This document shows positions 35,265-44,675 of a stretch of DNA of 44,675 nucleotides, in pieces. The notes beneath the pieces are model-generated. The model was given only the letters and a program-made list of their open reading frames with translations. It made no database searches and was not told the DNA's origin. Within the stretch, counting starts at the first letter, position 1. The number at the start of each line of letters is the position of its first letter. Source of the stretch: Dehalococcoidales bacterium. Its GTDB lineage: Bacteria; Chloroflexota; Dehalococcoidia; Dehalococcoidales; RBG-16-60-22. The position numbers and the translations under genes are program-made. The stretch spans positions 1 to 44,675 of the forward strand of contig DATKWF010000009.1 in NCBI GenBank assembly GCA_035529715.1. The letters are read 5' to 3'.

Positions 35265-35851
35265 CTTGCGACAGGTGGTGGCTCTTTTTCTTCCAGATAA
35301 ATTTTCGCTATCTTATTCTGCATTACGGCTTCAACAAGTTCCGAGGCCAGTGTCGGTTTCAGCGTGTGAATTATATATTTACCATCTTCCAAACTGACGG
35401 TTATTGTCCCTGGCGTCAATGTAATGGAATTGGCCAGAGTTACCTGCGAAATACCTTTCCGCATGCGGGTCCGGAACAGGAAAAGAACCGGGTCAATCGG
35501 CATTTTGGGATGGAGCACGAGGTAAGCAACCTGAACATTAGCCATTATGATTCTGGAAAACAACCAAGGTAAGTAAACGATAAAGCGCCACAACTGCAGG
35601 AGGGCTACCTGGACTTTGGTCTCCACTCGCACCCCACGACGCAATGCGGAGTAAAAGAGGTCATTGGTAAGGAATGTTACTAAACCGGCGGCTACAGCCC
35701 CTATTAAAATGTACTTTAATTGATAGTGTCCGGAAAGGATTAGCCAAAAAGCGAATAAAATAATAAATTGCAGGACTACACTCGTTAATCTTTCCTGCCA
35801 GTGCCCGGCGAGGTTTTTCGACCTCAATGAACTTTTCATCCGCACTGGCAC
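35231..35851 (-). CDS. mrpE: Mrp antiporter subunit E
   Basis: 206 aa (or 202 from the ATG at 35839), FWLILSG motif, first gene of the cluster. Confidence 0.75.
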   Translation of the reverse strand: MPVRMKSSLRSKNLAGHWQERLTSVVLQFIILFAFWLILSGHYQLKYILIGAVAAGLVTFLTNDLFYSALRRGVRVETKVQVALLQLWRFIVYLPWLFSRIIMANVQVAYLVLHPKMPIDPVLFLFRTRMRKGISQVTLANSITLTPGTITVSLEDGKYIIHTLKPTLASELVEAVMQNKIAKIYLEEKEPPPVARWVYSLEELGQ

Positions 35852-35995
35852 TCCTTAACGAGTGTCACAAGCGTGGCATGTTTGATAGTGCGTTTCTCCG
35901 GCATACGCTTTCGTCCTTACATCTTGATAGAGGTAAGCCAGGAAATCCCGAGCCCCGCCGCTCCCACCCGTCTTCAGTGAGTCCACCAGAAAGAT

Positions 35996-36024
35996 AATTT
36001 ACCACGATAGAAAAGTTTAGTCAA
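35996..36024 (-). promoter_or_regulatory. candidate promoter for the mrp cluster
   Basis: Minus strand TTGACT, 17 nt, TAAATT, about 145 nt upstream of mrpE. Confidence 0.3.
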
Positions 36025-36078
36025 GGGACTTTTCGTTTTTCCTTTTATCCATAGTTTTCCCTGAGATTGCCGACAGCC

Positions 36079-36107
36079 TTGTCCAAAGTGAGAGTTTGCA
36101 GTAAAAT
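36079..36107 (+). promoter_or_regulatory. candidate promoter for tRNA-Ser
   Basis: TTGTCC, 17 nt, TAAAAT, ending 10 nt before the tRNA 5' end. Confidence 0.35.
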
Positions 36108-36116
36108 TTGAAGTTA

Positions 36117-36207
36117 GGAGAGGTGTCCGAGTGGTTGATGGTGCCGCTCTCGAAAAGCGGTCTCCGCGAATAGCGGAGCGTGGGTTCGAATCCCACCCTC
36201 TCCGCCA
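36117..36207 (+). tRNA. tRNA-Ser (anticodon CGA)
   Basis: 91 nt class II tRNA: acceptor GGAGAGG/CCTCTCC, anticodon loop CTCGAAA, long variable arm, encoded CCA. Confidence 0.9.
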
Positions 36208-36277
36208 TCAAAACAAATAATAATTGCTAATCCGATAAATTATAGAATATAATTAAACTTCAATTTATATGCATTAC

Positions 36278-36366
<89 letters not shown>

Positions 36367-36382
36367 CTATAAGGGGTGTCCG

Positions 36383-36407
36383 AGAGGGGCGAAACCCCTC
36401 TTTTTTA
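36383..36407 (+). terminator. rho-independent terminator after the tRNA-Ser pair
   Basis: AGAGGGG, loop CGAAA, CCCCTCT, then TTTTTAT. Confidence 0.7.
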
Positions 36408-36485
36408 TCATTCCCCCTCTTTAGAAAAGGGTCGGGTAATTGTTTAATTGTCTCCAGATTACCCCTGTGCTAGAATAGCCTTGAA

Positions 36486-37607
36486 GTGAGCAATAAAGAC
36501 ATTAAATTCTGGGTCGGCTTTAGCCTTATTCCAGGCATTGGGCGAGTTAAATTTACTCAGCTCGAGAATTACTTTGGTAATCTGGAAAATGCATGGAAGG
36601 CGTCGCCGTCTGATTTAAAGCGCGCCGGTCTGGACAGTGGTTCGGTAAATGCCATCAACTCCTGGCGACCCAAGATTTGTCTGGAAACAGAGATGGAAAA
36701 GCTGAACCGTTATGGAGTGGCCGTACTTAACTGTAATGATGCCAGTTACCCTGCCCGACTCAAGGAGATATATGATTACCCGCCGGTACTTTATGTCCGG
36801 GGCTCACTACTCCCCGAAGACGAGTGGTGCCTGGCAGTGGTGGGTACCCGCCGGGCTACTGTCTACGGGAGGCAAGTAACCGAGGAAATAGTAACTGACC
36901 TGGCGCAAAGCAAGATTACCATTGTCAGCGGTCTGGCTAAAGGTATTGATTCGGTAGCCCATCAGGCGGCGCTGGCCGCCGGCGGCAGGACCATTGCTGT
37001 ATTCGCCTGCGGGCTTGATACTGTATACCCCAGCGAGAATGCCAGCATGGCTCGCAGTATTATCCAGCAAGGTGCCCTGGTAAGTGAATATCCTCTGGGT
37101 ACCAGGCCCAGAGCAGAGAATTTTCCCCGGCGAAACCGTATCATGAGTGGAGTGAGCCTGGGTGTTCTGGTCATAGAAGCCGATGAAACCAGCGGGGCGA
37201 TAATTACCGCCCATCTGGCACTTGAGCAAAATAGAGAGGTGTTTGCTATTCCGGGTAGTATCCTCTCGCCAGCCAGCCGGGGCACCAACCACCTTATTCA
37301 GGAAGGAGCGAAACTGGTGCGCGACTATACCGATATTCTCGAGGAGTTAAACCTGATGAGTGTAGCTCACCAGATGGAGATGAGAGAAGTCATACCGGCT
37401 TCTGATACCGAGTCCCTGTTGCTAAAGCAACTGAGTGCTGAGCCAATCCATATTGACGAGGTTTGCCGCAGCACTGGCTTGCCAACCTCAACTGTCAGCA
37501 GCACGCTAACCATGATGGAACTAAAAGGTCTGATAAAACAGATAGGCCCGATGAACTATGTTCTGGCACGAGAAGCCAGACAGGAATATCGAGTAAAGGT
37601 GGATTAG
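36486..37607 (+). CDS. dprA: DNA processing protein DprA (Smf)
   Basis: GLAKGIDSVAHQAAL and Rossmann-like DprA core, C-terminal winged-helix region; GTG start. Confidence 0.9.
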   Translation: MSNKDIKFWVGFSLIPGIGRVKFTQLENYFGNLENAWKASPSDLKRAGLDSGSVNAINSWRPKICLETEMEKLNRYGVAVLNCNDASYPARLKEIYDYPPVLYVRGSLLPEDEWCLAVVGTRRATVYGRQVTEEIVTDLAQSKITIVSGLAKGIDSVAHQAALAAGGRTIAVFACGLDTVYPSENASMARSIIQQGALVSEYPLGTRPRAENFPRRNRIMSGVSLGVLVIEADETSGAIITAHLALEQNREVFAIPGSILSPASRGTNHLIQEGAKLVRDYTDILEELNLMSVAHQMEMREVIPASDTESLLLKQLSAEPIHIDEVCRSTGLPTSTVSSTLTMMELKGLIKQIGPMNYVLAREARQEYRVKVD

Positions 37608-37610
37608 TCG

Positions 37611-39698
37611 GTGAAAAATCTGGTTATTGTTGAGTCACCAGCCAAAGCCAGGACCCTGGGTAAGATTCTGGGTAAAAATTATAGCCTGAAAGCATCCATC
37701 GGGCACATAAGAGACCTGCCCCGGGGTCAACTGGGTGTGGACATAGAAAAAGGCTTCACTCCCAAATATGTGGTACCCAGAACCAAAAGCAAGATTGTCA
37801 GTGAACTCAAGCAAGCTGTTAAGAATGCCTCAGCCGTATATCTGGCTACTGACCCCGACCGTGAGGGAGAAGCAATCGCCTGGCATTTAAGCGAGATAAC
37901 CAAGTCAGACAAGATACCTTACCACCGGGTTGTCTTTCACGAAATAACCGAGCCAGCCATTAAGCATGCCTTCAAGCACCCCCGTTCCATAGATATGCAA
38001 CTGGTTAATGCCCAGCAGGCAAGGCGTGTTCTGGACAGGCTGGTGGGTTACAAGATTAGCCCCCTGCTCTGGAAAAAGGTAAGAAGGGGTCTTTCCGCTG
38101 GCAGGGTACAGTCGGTAGCAGTAAAGATTATCGTTGACCGCGAGCGGGAAATTCAGAAGTTTGTCCCTGTAGAATACTGGACTATTGAGGCTGAACTGAC
38201 CAAGAAAGCAGAGACAAAAACCTTCAGAGCCGTGCTGGTCGGTCCTGTTGGCGGCGGCAAGTTGAATATTCCTGACCAGCCGGCAGCGACTAAAATCAGA
38301 GATGAGCTGGAATCAGCAGACTACAATGTCCTCAAAGTAAGCACCAAAAAGGTAAATCGCCCCCCTGCCCCACCATTCATCACCAGCACCCTGCAACAGG
38401 AAGCTTGGCGCAAGTTACACTTTACTGCGAAACAGACCATGGCGATTGCTCAACAACTTTATGAAGGTCTTCCCATAGGTAATGAAGGCAGTATCGGACT
38501 TATTACCTATATGCGTACCGACTCCACCCGGGTAGCCCACTCGGCAGTGGCTGAGGCTAGAGAATTTATCATCAGCAAGTATGGCTCCCAGTTCGTCCCG
38601 GCTCAGGCACGTTCCTTCACTCGACGAGTGAAAGGGGCTCAGGAAGCGCATGAAGCTATTCGCCCGACCAAAATCTGGCGGGAGCCAGCTTTGATTAAAC
38701 CATACCTTACTTCCACTCAGTTAAAGATTTACGAGCTTATCTGGAAAAGAATGGTGGCCAGCCAGATGGCAAACGCCATATTTGAAAATACTGCCGTTGA
38801 TATCAAGGCTGAATGTCCAAAATACAGCTACCTGCTAAGAGCTTCCAGCTCAGTTAGTAAATTTCCCGGGTTCATAATTCTCTACAGCGAGGGAAAGGAC
38901 GAAGCCGAAGAAGAAGGCAAGGGACCGCTTCCTCTCCTGGCGAAGGGCGATGAGCTCAAGCTTCTGGGGCTTTTTCCAGAACAGCATTACACCCAGCCAC
39001 CATCCCGCTTCACCGAAGCCACACTCATCAAGATGCTGGAACAATGGGGCATCGGACGTCCCAGTACCTACGCCCCCACCCTGTCCACCATTCAGGAACG
39101 CGAATATGTTACTAAAGACAGAGGCAGCTTTCAGCCTACCGAGCTCGGTATTGTGGTTAATGATTTGCTAAGCCAGTATTTCGCAGATATTGTTGATATT
39201 AACTTCACCGCCCGTATGGAAGGCGAACTGGATGGTATCGTCAGTGAGAACAAGGACTGGGTGAGCGTTATCCAGAACTTTTATATTCCTTTTGATAAGG
39301 ATCTTCAGCATGCCACTCAGCTTGCGGAAAAGGTACAACTGGCTGTCGAACTGGTTGAGGAGACCTGCCCCAAGTGTGGTAAGCCACTGGCAATTAAAGT
39401 CGGGCGCTTCGGTAAGTTTCTGGCCTGCAGCGGCTATCCAGAGTGCAAATTTACCAAATCCTTCCAGGTTAAGATTGGGGTTAATTGTCCGCAGTGTGGC
39501 TCTGAACTGGTAGAGAGAATGAGTAAAAAGAAACGAATTTTCTATGGATGCAGCAATTACCCGAATTGCCAGTTTGCCACCAATTTCAGACCCCTCCCAC
39601 AGCCCTGTCCCAAGTGCGGTGCGCTGCTTACCCAGTATGGAAAGAAATGGGCAAAATGCACTAAATGTGACTATAAAGGAAAAATCCAGCAGGATTAA
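37611..39698 (+). CDS. topA: DNA topoisomerase I
   Basis: TOPRIM LVIVESPAKA, active-site region LITYMRTDS, three C-terminal Cys4 zinc ribbons. Confidence 0.95.
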   Translation: MKNLVIVESPAKARTLGKILGKNYSLKASIGHIRDLPRGQLGVDIEKGFTPKYVVPRTKSKIVSELKQAVKNASAVYLATDPDREGEAIAWHLSEITKSDKIPYHRVVFHEITEPAIKHAFKHPRSIDMQLVNAQQARRVLDRLVGYKISPLLWKKVRRGLSAGRVQSVAVKIIVDREREIQKFVPVEYWTIEAELTKKAETKTFRAVLVGPVGGGKLNIPDQPAATKIRDELESADYNVLKVSTKKVNRPPAPPFITSTLQQEAWRKLHFTAKQTMAIAQQLYEGLPIGNEGSIGLITYMRTDSTRVAHSAVAEAREFIISKYGSQFVPAQARSFTRRVKGAQEAHEAIRPTKIWREPALIKPYLTSTQLKIYELIWKRMVASQMANAIFENTAVDIKAECPKYSYLLRASSSVSKFPGFIILYSEGKDEAEEEGKGPLPLLAKGDELKLLGLFPEQHYTQPPSRFTEATLIKMLEQWGIGRPSTYAPTLSTIQEREYVTKDRGSFQPTELGIVVNDLLSQYFADIVDINFTARMEGELDGIVSENKDWVSVIQNFYIPFDKDLQHATQLAEKVQLAVELVEETCPKCGKPLAIKVGRFGKFLACSGYPECKFTKSFQVKIGVNCPQCGSELVERMSKKKRIFYGCSNYPNCQFATNFRPLPQPCPKCGALLTQYGKKWAKCTKCDYKGKIQQD

Positions 39699-39701
39699 TT
39701 T

Positions 39702-40616
39702 ATGCAGGAAACTTTCAACAAATACATAAACTATCTTGAGGCGGAGAAAAACGCCTCACCCTATACGGTGCGTAACTACACCAATGATTTGCTGGGCTTT
39801 TTTGACTTCCTTAGAGCCAAGAAGATAAGCTCATTAAAAGAAGTGGATAGACACACCCTGCGTGGTTATTTATCCCATCTTGTGGAGCAGAGTTTTGCCA
39901 AGCCCAGCATTGCTCGCAAATTGTCAGCTATTCGCTCCTTCTATCGCTACCTGCTGCGAGAGGATATGATTTCGGCAAGCCCGGCAGCTACTACCTCTTC
40001 ACCCAAGCTGGATAGACGCCTGCCTTCTTTTCTAACTGTAGAGGAAACAGTGCGACTTCTGGAGGCTCCCGATTTAGCTACGCCGCAGGGACAGCGCGAC
40101 CGTGCCTTGCTGGAACTGCTCTATGCTTCTGGCATCAGAGTAAGTGAGCTGGTAAGCCTTAACCTGGAGCAAATTAATCTTGATACCAATGAAATCCGTG
40201 TCTGGGGCAAGGGCTCCAAAGAACGCATGGTCTTAATTGGTGAACCAGCCGCCCACGCCCTGAGTGTCTATCTCAGTCAGGGCCGGCCCCAACTCTTGAG
40301 TAAAAAGGGAAGTAATGCCTTATTCCTCAATCGCTACGGGGGGCGTCTGCCGGTACGAAGAATACAGAAAATACTGGAGAAATATGCCAGGCTAATCAAC
40401 GTGGATAAGAGGATTCACCCCCATCTTCTGCGCCACACCTTCGCCACTCACCTGCTTGACGGAGGCGCTGACTTGAGGGTTGTCCAGGAGCTTCTGGGGC
40501 ATGCGCAGTTATCCTCTACTCAAATCTATACCCATGTAAGCCAGAGTCATGCTAGAAAGATATATCTATCGGCTCATCCCATGGCACAGAAAGAGGCTAA
40601 TGACAATAAGCAGTAG
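39702..40616 (+). CDS. xerC: tyrosine recombinase XerC/XerD
   Basis: ASGIRVSEL, HLLRHTFATHL, LGHAQLSSTQIYTHV catalytic R, HxxR, H and Y pattern. Confidence 0.85.
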   Translation: MQETFNKYINYLEAEKNASPYTVRNYTNDLLGFFDFLRAKKISSLKEVDRHTLRGYLSHLVEQSFAKPSIARKLSAIRSFYRYLLREDMISASPAATTSSPKLDRRLPSFLTVEETVRLLEAPDLATPQGQRDRALLELLYASGIRVSELVSLNLEQINLDTNEIRVWGKGSKERMVLIGEPAAHALSVYLSQGRPQLLSKKGSNALFLNRYGGRLPVRRIQKILEKYARLINVDKRIHPHLLRHTFATHLLDGGADLRVVQELLGHAQLSSTQIYTHVSQSHARKIYLSAHPMAQKEANDNKQ

Positions 40617-41673
40617 ATTGCAAAATTTACGTCAAAAACTGGATGAGAAAGAGATTGATGCTATCTTTGTCTCCCAACCGGAGAATAGATACTACCTTTC
40701 TGGCTTTGACGGTTCTTCAGGTTTTCTGCTGATTACAGCAAAGAAAGCAATTTTAGCTACTGACTTCCGCTATGTGGAGCAAGCCAGGTCACAGGCACCT
40801 GATTATGAAGTTTTTCAAATAACCAATGATATTACCGGTTGGCTTCCCGGGCTGGTAGCTGAACTGGGCTCACCGAAGCTGGGATTTGAAGCCGGACATA
40901 TTACTTTTGACCTGCACCGCCGGTTGAAAGATGCATTGAACAAACAGCAATCCCCGGCTAAACTTGTTCCTCTTAATGGACTGGTAGAATCACTCCGGGT
41001 GGTCAAAGAGTCCGAGGAGATTGAGCTTATTACCAGAGCGGCTGAGATAAGCGATAAAGCTTTTGCCCATATTGAAGACGTCATTTATACAGGCATGAGC
41101 GAAAAGGAAGCTGCCTGGGAAATAGAAAAATTCATGCGTGAGAATGGCAGTCAGGCAGTGCCCTTTGAAGTTATCGTTGCCTCTGGCCCCAATTCAGCTC
41201 TACCTCATGCCAGACCTACCCAGCGCAACATACAGTCCGGCGAGCCGGTGGTAATTGACATCGGCGCCAGAATTAACGGCTACTGCAGTGACCTTACCCG
41301 CACTATTTGCCTTGGCGCTCCCGAGGACACTTTCAGAAAAGTTTATGATGTTGTCCTTGGCGCTCAACTGGCAGGAATTGCTATAATAAAAGAAGGCATG
41401 ACCGGTGACCAGATTGATAGCCTATCCCGAACCGTGATTAAAGAGTCGGGCTATGCCGAAGCCTTTGGCCACGCCTTGGGTCACGGTGTTGGGCTGGCGC
41501 CCCACGAATCACCGCGTCTTGGTCCGGGTTCAGATGAGGTAATCACCTCAGGCATGGTTTTTACCGTTGAGCCCGGTATTTATCTCCCCGGCTGGGGAGG
41601 AGTGAGAATTGAAGACCTGGCAGTAATGGCAGATAACAAGGCTAAACTGATTTCAAAAGCTAGAAAGGTGTGA
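40600..41673 (+). CDS. Xaa-Pro aminopeptidase (M24B)
   Basis: DIGARINGYCSD, HALGHGVGL, EPGIY, RIED metal ligand motifs; start set at MTISSRLQNL rather than 40549. Confidence 0.85.
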   Translation: MTISSRLQNLRQKLDEKEIDAIFVSQPENRYYLSGFDGSSGFLLITAKKAILATDFRYVEQARSQAPDYEVFQITNDITGWLPGLVAELGSPKLGFEAGHITFDLHRRLKDALNKQQSPAKLVPLNGLVESLRVVKESEEIELITRAAEISDKAFAHIEDVIYTGMSEKEAAWEIEKFMRENGSQAVPFEVIVASGPNSALPHARPTQRNIQSGEPVVIDIGARINGYCSDLTRTICLGAPEDTFRKVYDVVLGAQLAGIAIIKEGMTGDQIDSLSRTVIKESGYAEAFGHALGHGVGLAPHESPRLGPGSDEVITSGMVFTVEPGIYLPGWGGVRIEDLAVMADNKAKLISKARKV

Positions 41674-41674
41674 C

Positions 41675-42232
41675 ATGATAAGTGGTAGTGAACTGAGAAA
41701 AGGAGTTATCATTGAACTGGAAGATAAGCTATATCAGGTTATTGACTACCAGCATATTAAGATGAAGCGAACTGCCCTGGCTAAGGTTAAACTTCGCGAT
41801 ATCAGCGCTGGGCATACTACTGAGCGGACTTTCCAGTCTGGTGAGAAGCTGGTGCGGGCACGTCTCGATTCGTGCCCGATGCAGTATCTCTATAGCGATG
41901 GCGAGTTGTACTACTTCATGGATGAGAAGAGCTATGAGCAAATTGCCATCACCGGTGAGCAACTTGGTAACGCCCTTGATTATTTGAAGGAGGGCACATC
42001 AGTAGAAGTATCAAGCTATAAAGGTGAAGTGCTGGGCATAGAGCTATCCATTACCGTTGAGCTTGAAGTAACTGAAACCGAGCCCGGTTTTAAAGGAGAC
42101 ACTGCCACCGGCGGCAATAAACCAGCCAAGCTGGAGACCGGTCTCACCATTCAGGTTCCCCTGTTCATCAATGAAGGAGATATTATTAAGGTTGACACCC
42201 GCACCGGTGCCTATCTGGAAAGGAGCAACTGA
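41675..42232 (+). CDS. efp: elongation factor P
   Basis: Full-length alignment by eye to E. coli and B. subtilis EF-P (GDTATGGNKPAKLETG, VPLFINEGD). Confidence 0.95.
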   Translation: MISGSELRKGVIIELEDKLYQVIDYQHIKMKRTALAKVKLRDISAGHTTERTFQSGEKLVRARLDSCPMQYLYSDGELYYFMDEKSYEQIAITGEQLGNALDYLKEGTSVEVSSYKGEVLGIELSITVELEVTETEPGFKGDTATGGNKPAKLETGLTIQVPLFINEGDIIKVDTRTGAYLERSN

Positions 42233-42237
42233 CCGAA

Positions 42238-42888
42238 TTGCTAAAAGCCGACCTTCATATTCACAGCGAGTATTCAATGGACTGCACCACCTCTTTAGAT
42301 AAGATTATTAATCGCTGCCTGGAGCTGGGGATAAGCTGCATCGCCATTGCCGACCATGGCACCATTGAGGGAGCTTTAAAGATGCGGGACTTGGCTCCTT
42401 TCCCTGTAATTGTTGCTGAGGAAGTACTAACTCCTCATGGTGAAATCATGGGTATGTTTCTTGAAGAAGAGATACCAAGTGGCATATCTGTTGAACAGGC
42501 AATATCTCAAATCAGGGCACAGGATGGACTGGTATGCATCCCTCACGCCTTTGACATATTCCGTCCGTCATCTCTGGACAGCAAGACAATAGAAAGCCTC
42601 GCCGAACAAATTGATGTCATGGAAGTCTTTAATGCCAGGAGTCCTCTTCTTCACAGCTCGGCTAAGGCTACCGATTTTGCCCAGAAATACGGGATTATTA
42701 AAAGTGCCGGCAGTGACGCTCATACTCTTAGCGAAATAGGCAATGCCTATGTAGAAATACCTGAATTCAATGGCAAAGATGATTTTCTCCAGGCTCTGGG
42801 CAAGGGTAAGATTTATGGACACCGGGCAAACCCGGTAACTCATATCAGCAGTGCCTGGGCAAAGCTAATAAATCGCAATAGGCGGTGA
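42238..42888 (+). CDS. PHP-domain metal-dependent phosphoesterase
   Basis: DLHIHSEYS, IADHGT, GSDAHT motifs; TTG start. Confidence 0.7.
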   Translation: MLKADLHIHSEYSMDCTTSLDKIINRCLELGISCIAIADHGTIEGALKMRDLAPFPVIVAEEVLTPHGEIMGMFLEEEIPSGISVEQAISQIRAQDGLVCIPHAFDIFRPSSLDSKTIESLAEQIDVMEVFNARSPLLHSSAKATDFAQKYGIIKSAGSDAHTLSEIGNAYVEIPEFNGKDDFLQALGKGKIYGHRANPVTHISSAWAKLINRNRR

Positions 42889-42891
42889 AAG

Positions 42892-43716
42892 ATGTACCAG
42901 CTGGGCTGGTTTTCTACAGGCAGAGGCAAAGGCTCCAGAGGGCTTCTCAACGCAGTGCATGACAGCATCAAATCAGGTGAGCTTGAGGCTGAGATAGCTT
43001 TTGTTTTCTGCAGCCGTGAACGCGGAGAAACGGAAGCGACTGACATATTCCTGAAGATGGTTGAGGATTATCACCTACCCCTTATTACTTTTTCCTATCA
43101 AAAGTTTAAGTCAAAGATAGAAGCAACGAACACTGGCCAAACGGAAACTTTGCCATCCTGGCGACTTGACTACGACCGGGAAGTAATGGCACGGTTGCAG
43201 GGTTTTAATCCTGACCTGTGTGTGCTGGCAGGTTATATGCTTATCGTCGGTAAAGAACTGTGCCAGAAATACAACATGATTAATCTCCACCCTGCCATGC
43301 CGGAAGGGCCAACTGGAACCTGGCAGGAAGTAATCTGGGAGTTAATTGACAGCGGGGCGGAGGCAACGGGAGCAATGATGCATCTGGTAACTCCAGAACT
43401 TGACAAGGGACCGGTAGTAACCTACTGCACCTTTCCGATTAGAGGCGAACCATTTGACAGCTACTGGGCTGAAATAAAGGGACAATCCTTGGAACAGATT
43501 AAAAAGGAGCAGGGGGAGAACAATTCTTTATTCAAGCTTATCCGCCAGTATGGAGTAGCCAGAGAGCTTCCCCTGATAATAGCTACCATTAAGGCTTTCA
43601 GCCAGGGCAAAGTCAAAATAACCACCGATAAACGAGCCATTGACACTGAACAAAGGCCAATTCACGGCTATGACCTGACCGATGAGATAAGCAAGAAGCT
43701 AAGTAGCACCATCTAA
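42892..43716 (+). CDS. formyltransferase-fold protein (PurN-like core with insertion and C-terminal extension)
   Basis: NLHPAMP (Asn and His) and VTPELDKGPV (Asp) match the PurN catalytic triad context; 274 aa versus roughly 200-210 for PurN. Confidence 0.6.
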   Translation: MYQLGWFSTGRGKGSRGLLNAVHDSIKSGELEAEIAFVFCSRERGETEATDIFLKMVEDYHLPLITFSYQKFKSKIEATNTGQTETLPSWRLDYDREVMARLQGFNPDLCVLAGYMLIVGKELCQKYNMINLHPAMPEGPTGTWQEVIWELIDSGAEATGAMMHLVTPELDKGPVVTYCTFPIRGEPFDSYWAEIKGQSLEQIKKEQGENNSLFKLIRQYGVARELPLIIATIKAFSQGKVKITTDKRAIDTEQRPIHGYDLTDEISKKLSSTI

Positions 43717-43717
43717 A

Positions 43718-44344
43718 TTATTTTTTACTGGCTTTTTTAGTTTCTTCCGCTGGCTTGCTCAGAACTTCATCCACTATGCCATACTCTACTGCCTGCTCTG
43801 AGTTAAGGTAAAAGTCCCGGTCAGTATCACGGGTTATTTTTTCCAGCGTCTGACCGGTGTGTTTAACCAGTATGTTTTTGATCATATCCTGTACCCGCAT
43901 AATCTCACGAGCCGCAATTGCTACATCAGCGGCTTGACCCTGAGCACCACCGAATGCCTGATGCATGTGGATAGTGGAGCTGGGCAAAGCGTAACGCTTG
44001 CCTTTAGCACCAGCGGAGAGGAGAATAGTACCCATGCTGGCTGCCAGCCCAACACAGATAGTAGATACATCACAGCGAATTAGCTGCATTGTGTCGTAGA
44101 TGGCAAGTCCAGCGCTGATGACACCACCCGGGCAGTGAATATAAAGGCTTATATCTTTTTCCGGGTCTTCTCGTTCCAGATAGAGAAGCTGGGCAACCAC
44201 CACATTGGCCACCTGGTCATTGATTGGCATACCTAGCATAACGATGCGCTCTCTAAGTAACAGCGAGTATATGTCAAAAGCCCGTTCTCCTCTGGCGCCA
44301 CTTTCAATTACCATCGGAATGACATTCATCGGATTGGTATTCAT
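43718..44344 (-). CDS. clpP: ATP-dependent Clp protease proteolytic subunit
   Basis: [10 protein letters not shown] (Ser), IHMHQ (His), classic ClpP length and sequence. Confidence 0.95.
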   Translation of the reverse strand: MNTNPMNVIPMVIESGARGERAFDIYSLLLRERIVMLGMPINDQVANVVVAQLLYLEREDPEKDISLYIHCPGGVISAGLAIYDTMQLIRCDVSTICVGLAASMGTILLSAGAKGKRYALPSSTIHMHQAFGGAQGQAADVAIAAREIMRVQDMIKNILVKHTGQTLEKITRDTDRDFYLNSEQAVEYGIVDEVLSKPAEETKKASKK

Positions 44345-44675
44345 TTCTGCTTATCCTCCTTTGTTGTTTCAGTACCACTTGCCTTCGTGCCTTCAGCTAT
44401 TTCTACCAGTCGCTGCATGGTTCCGCGAGTCATCAATAACTGTCTGATTGACTCACGTGACTGGGGAGTATTCAGAAATTTCTGGAGGTCCTCCTTTTTC
44501 TCAGCAGCACTTTTTAGCATAGTTTCAATCTCGGCATCTACCCCAGCATCGCTGGCCTCTACTTTTTCCTCTTCGGCAACCTTGCCCAGCACCAGAGAAC
44601 GGGTAACCCTTTTGGTCGCCAGCGGACGCAATTCCTCACGCAATTGCTCCGATGTCTTGTTAATACTCTCAAGAT
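44341..44675 (-). CDS. tig: trigger factor, C-terminal part (gene continues beyond the window end)
   Basis: Open frame runs to the window edge; C-terminal helical domain sequence directly upstream of clpP, the conserved tig-clpP order. Confidence 0.8.
   Translation of the reverse strand, partial: LESINKTSEQLREELRPLATKRVTRSLVLGKVAEEEKVEASDAGVDAEIETMLKSAAEKKEDLQKFLNTPQSRESIRQLLMTRGTMQRLVEIAEGTKASGTETTKEDKQK

Noticed and set aside
24609-35851. Idea that porGDAB plus the Mrp-like cluster form one ferredoxin-driven ion pump
   Set aside because: The clusters are separated by a tRNA gene and about 700 bp, and the Mrp cluster has no NuoB/D/H/I-type coupling subunits. Adjacency alone is not evidence
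36017-36211. 64-aa minus-strand ORF; likewise 18089..18277 and 24349..24591 on the plus strand
   Set aside because: Each overlaps a confidently folded tRNA gene (Ser, Gly, Pro) on the opposite strand
39702-40616. Tyrosine recombinase as a possible mobile-element integrase
   Set aside because: It sits in the housekeeping dprA-topA-xerC arrangement with the full XerC/D catalytic signature and no flanking repeats or cargo genes

Overview
Ordinary chromosomal window from an anaerobic bacterium. Gene content and Ala-Pro lipoprotein linkers suggest Chloroflexota or a Dehalococcoidia-like organism, but that is inference only. About 50 CDS and 5 tRNAs; I saw no rRNA, CRISPR array, transposase, phage gene or recognisable defence system. 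Left to right: J-domain protein; TSUP/DUF1634 exporter pair; TctCBA tricarboxylate-type transporter; a solo 207-aa Cys-rich protein; IMPase; SerA; an operon of a biotin-domain-less carboxyltransferase, a di-[4Fe-4S]-domain protein and a second 207-aa paralog; an M29-fold peptidase plus TRAP transporter; an M42 peptidase; tRNA-Gly; an XRE-headed glycan cluster (GT2, TIGR04076-like, WecB, epimerase, GT4); a lipid kinase; tRNA-Pro; porGDAB; tRNA-Arg; an 11-ORF Mrp-like antiporter cluster; two tRNA-Ser; dprA-topA-xerC-pepP-efp; PHP and formyltransferase-like proteins; clpP and the 3' end of tig. Best lead for something undescribed: the translationally coupled ferredoxin-domain protein and 207-aa Cys-rich protein sitting behind a 5S-type carboxyltransferase, with an inverted solo paralog 5.3 kb away that still carries a possible decayed 3' stub of the ferredoxin gene. 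Second lead: a 114-nt M42 peptidase 3' remnant that abuts the M29 stop codon and forms an inverted repeat with the intact M42 gene, bracketing the TRAP/M29 module. Smaller observations: an unusual Mrp subunit set, candidate leader and operator elements, a slippage-prone (Ala-Pro)17 tract and a non-PGKG EF-P loop. All functional calls rest on motif recognition by eye; no database search was run.
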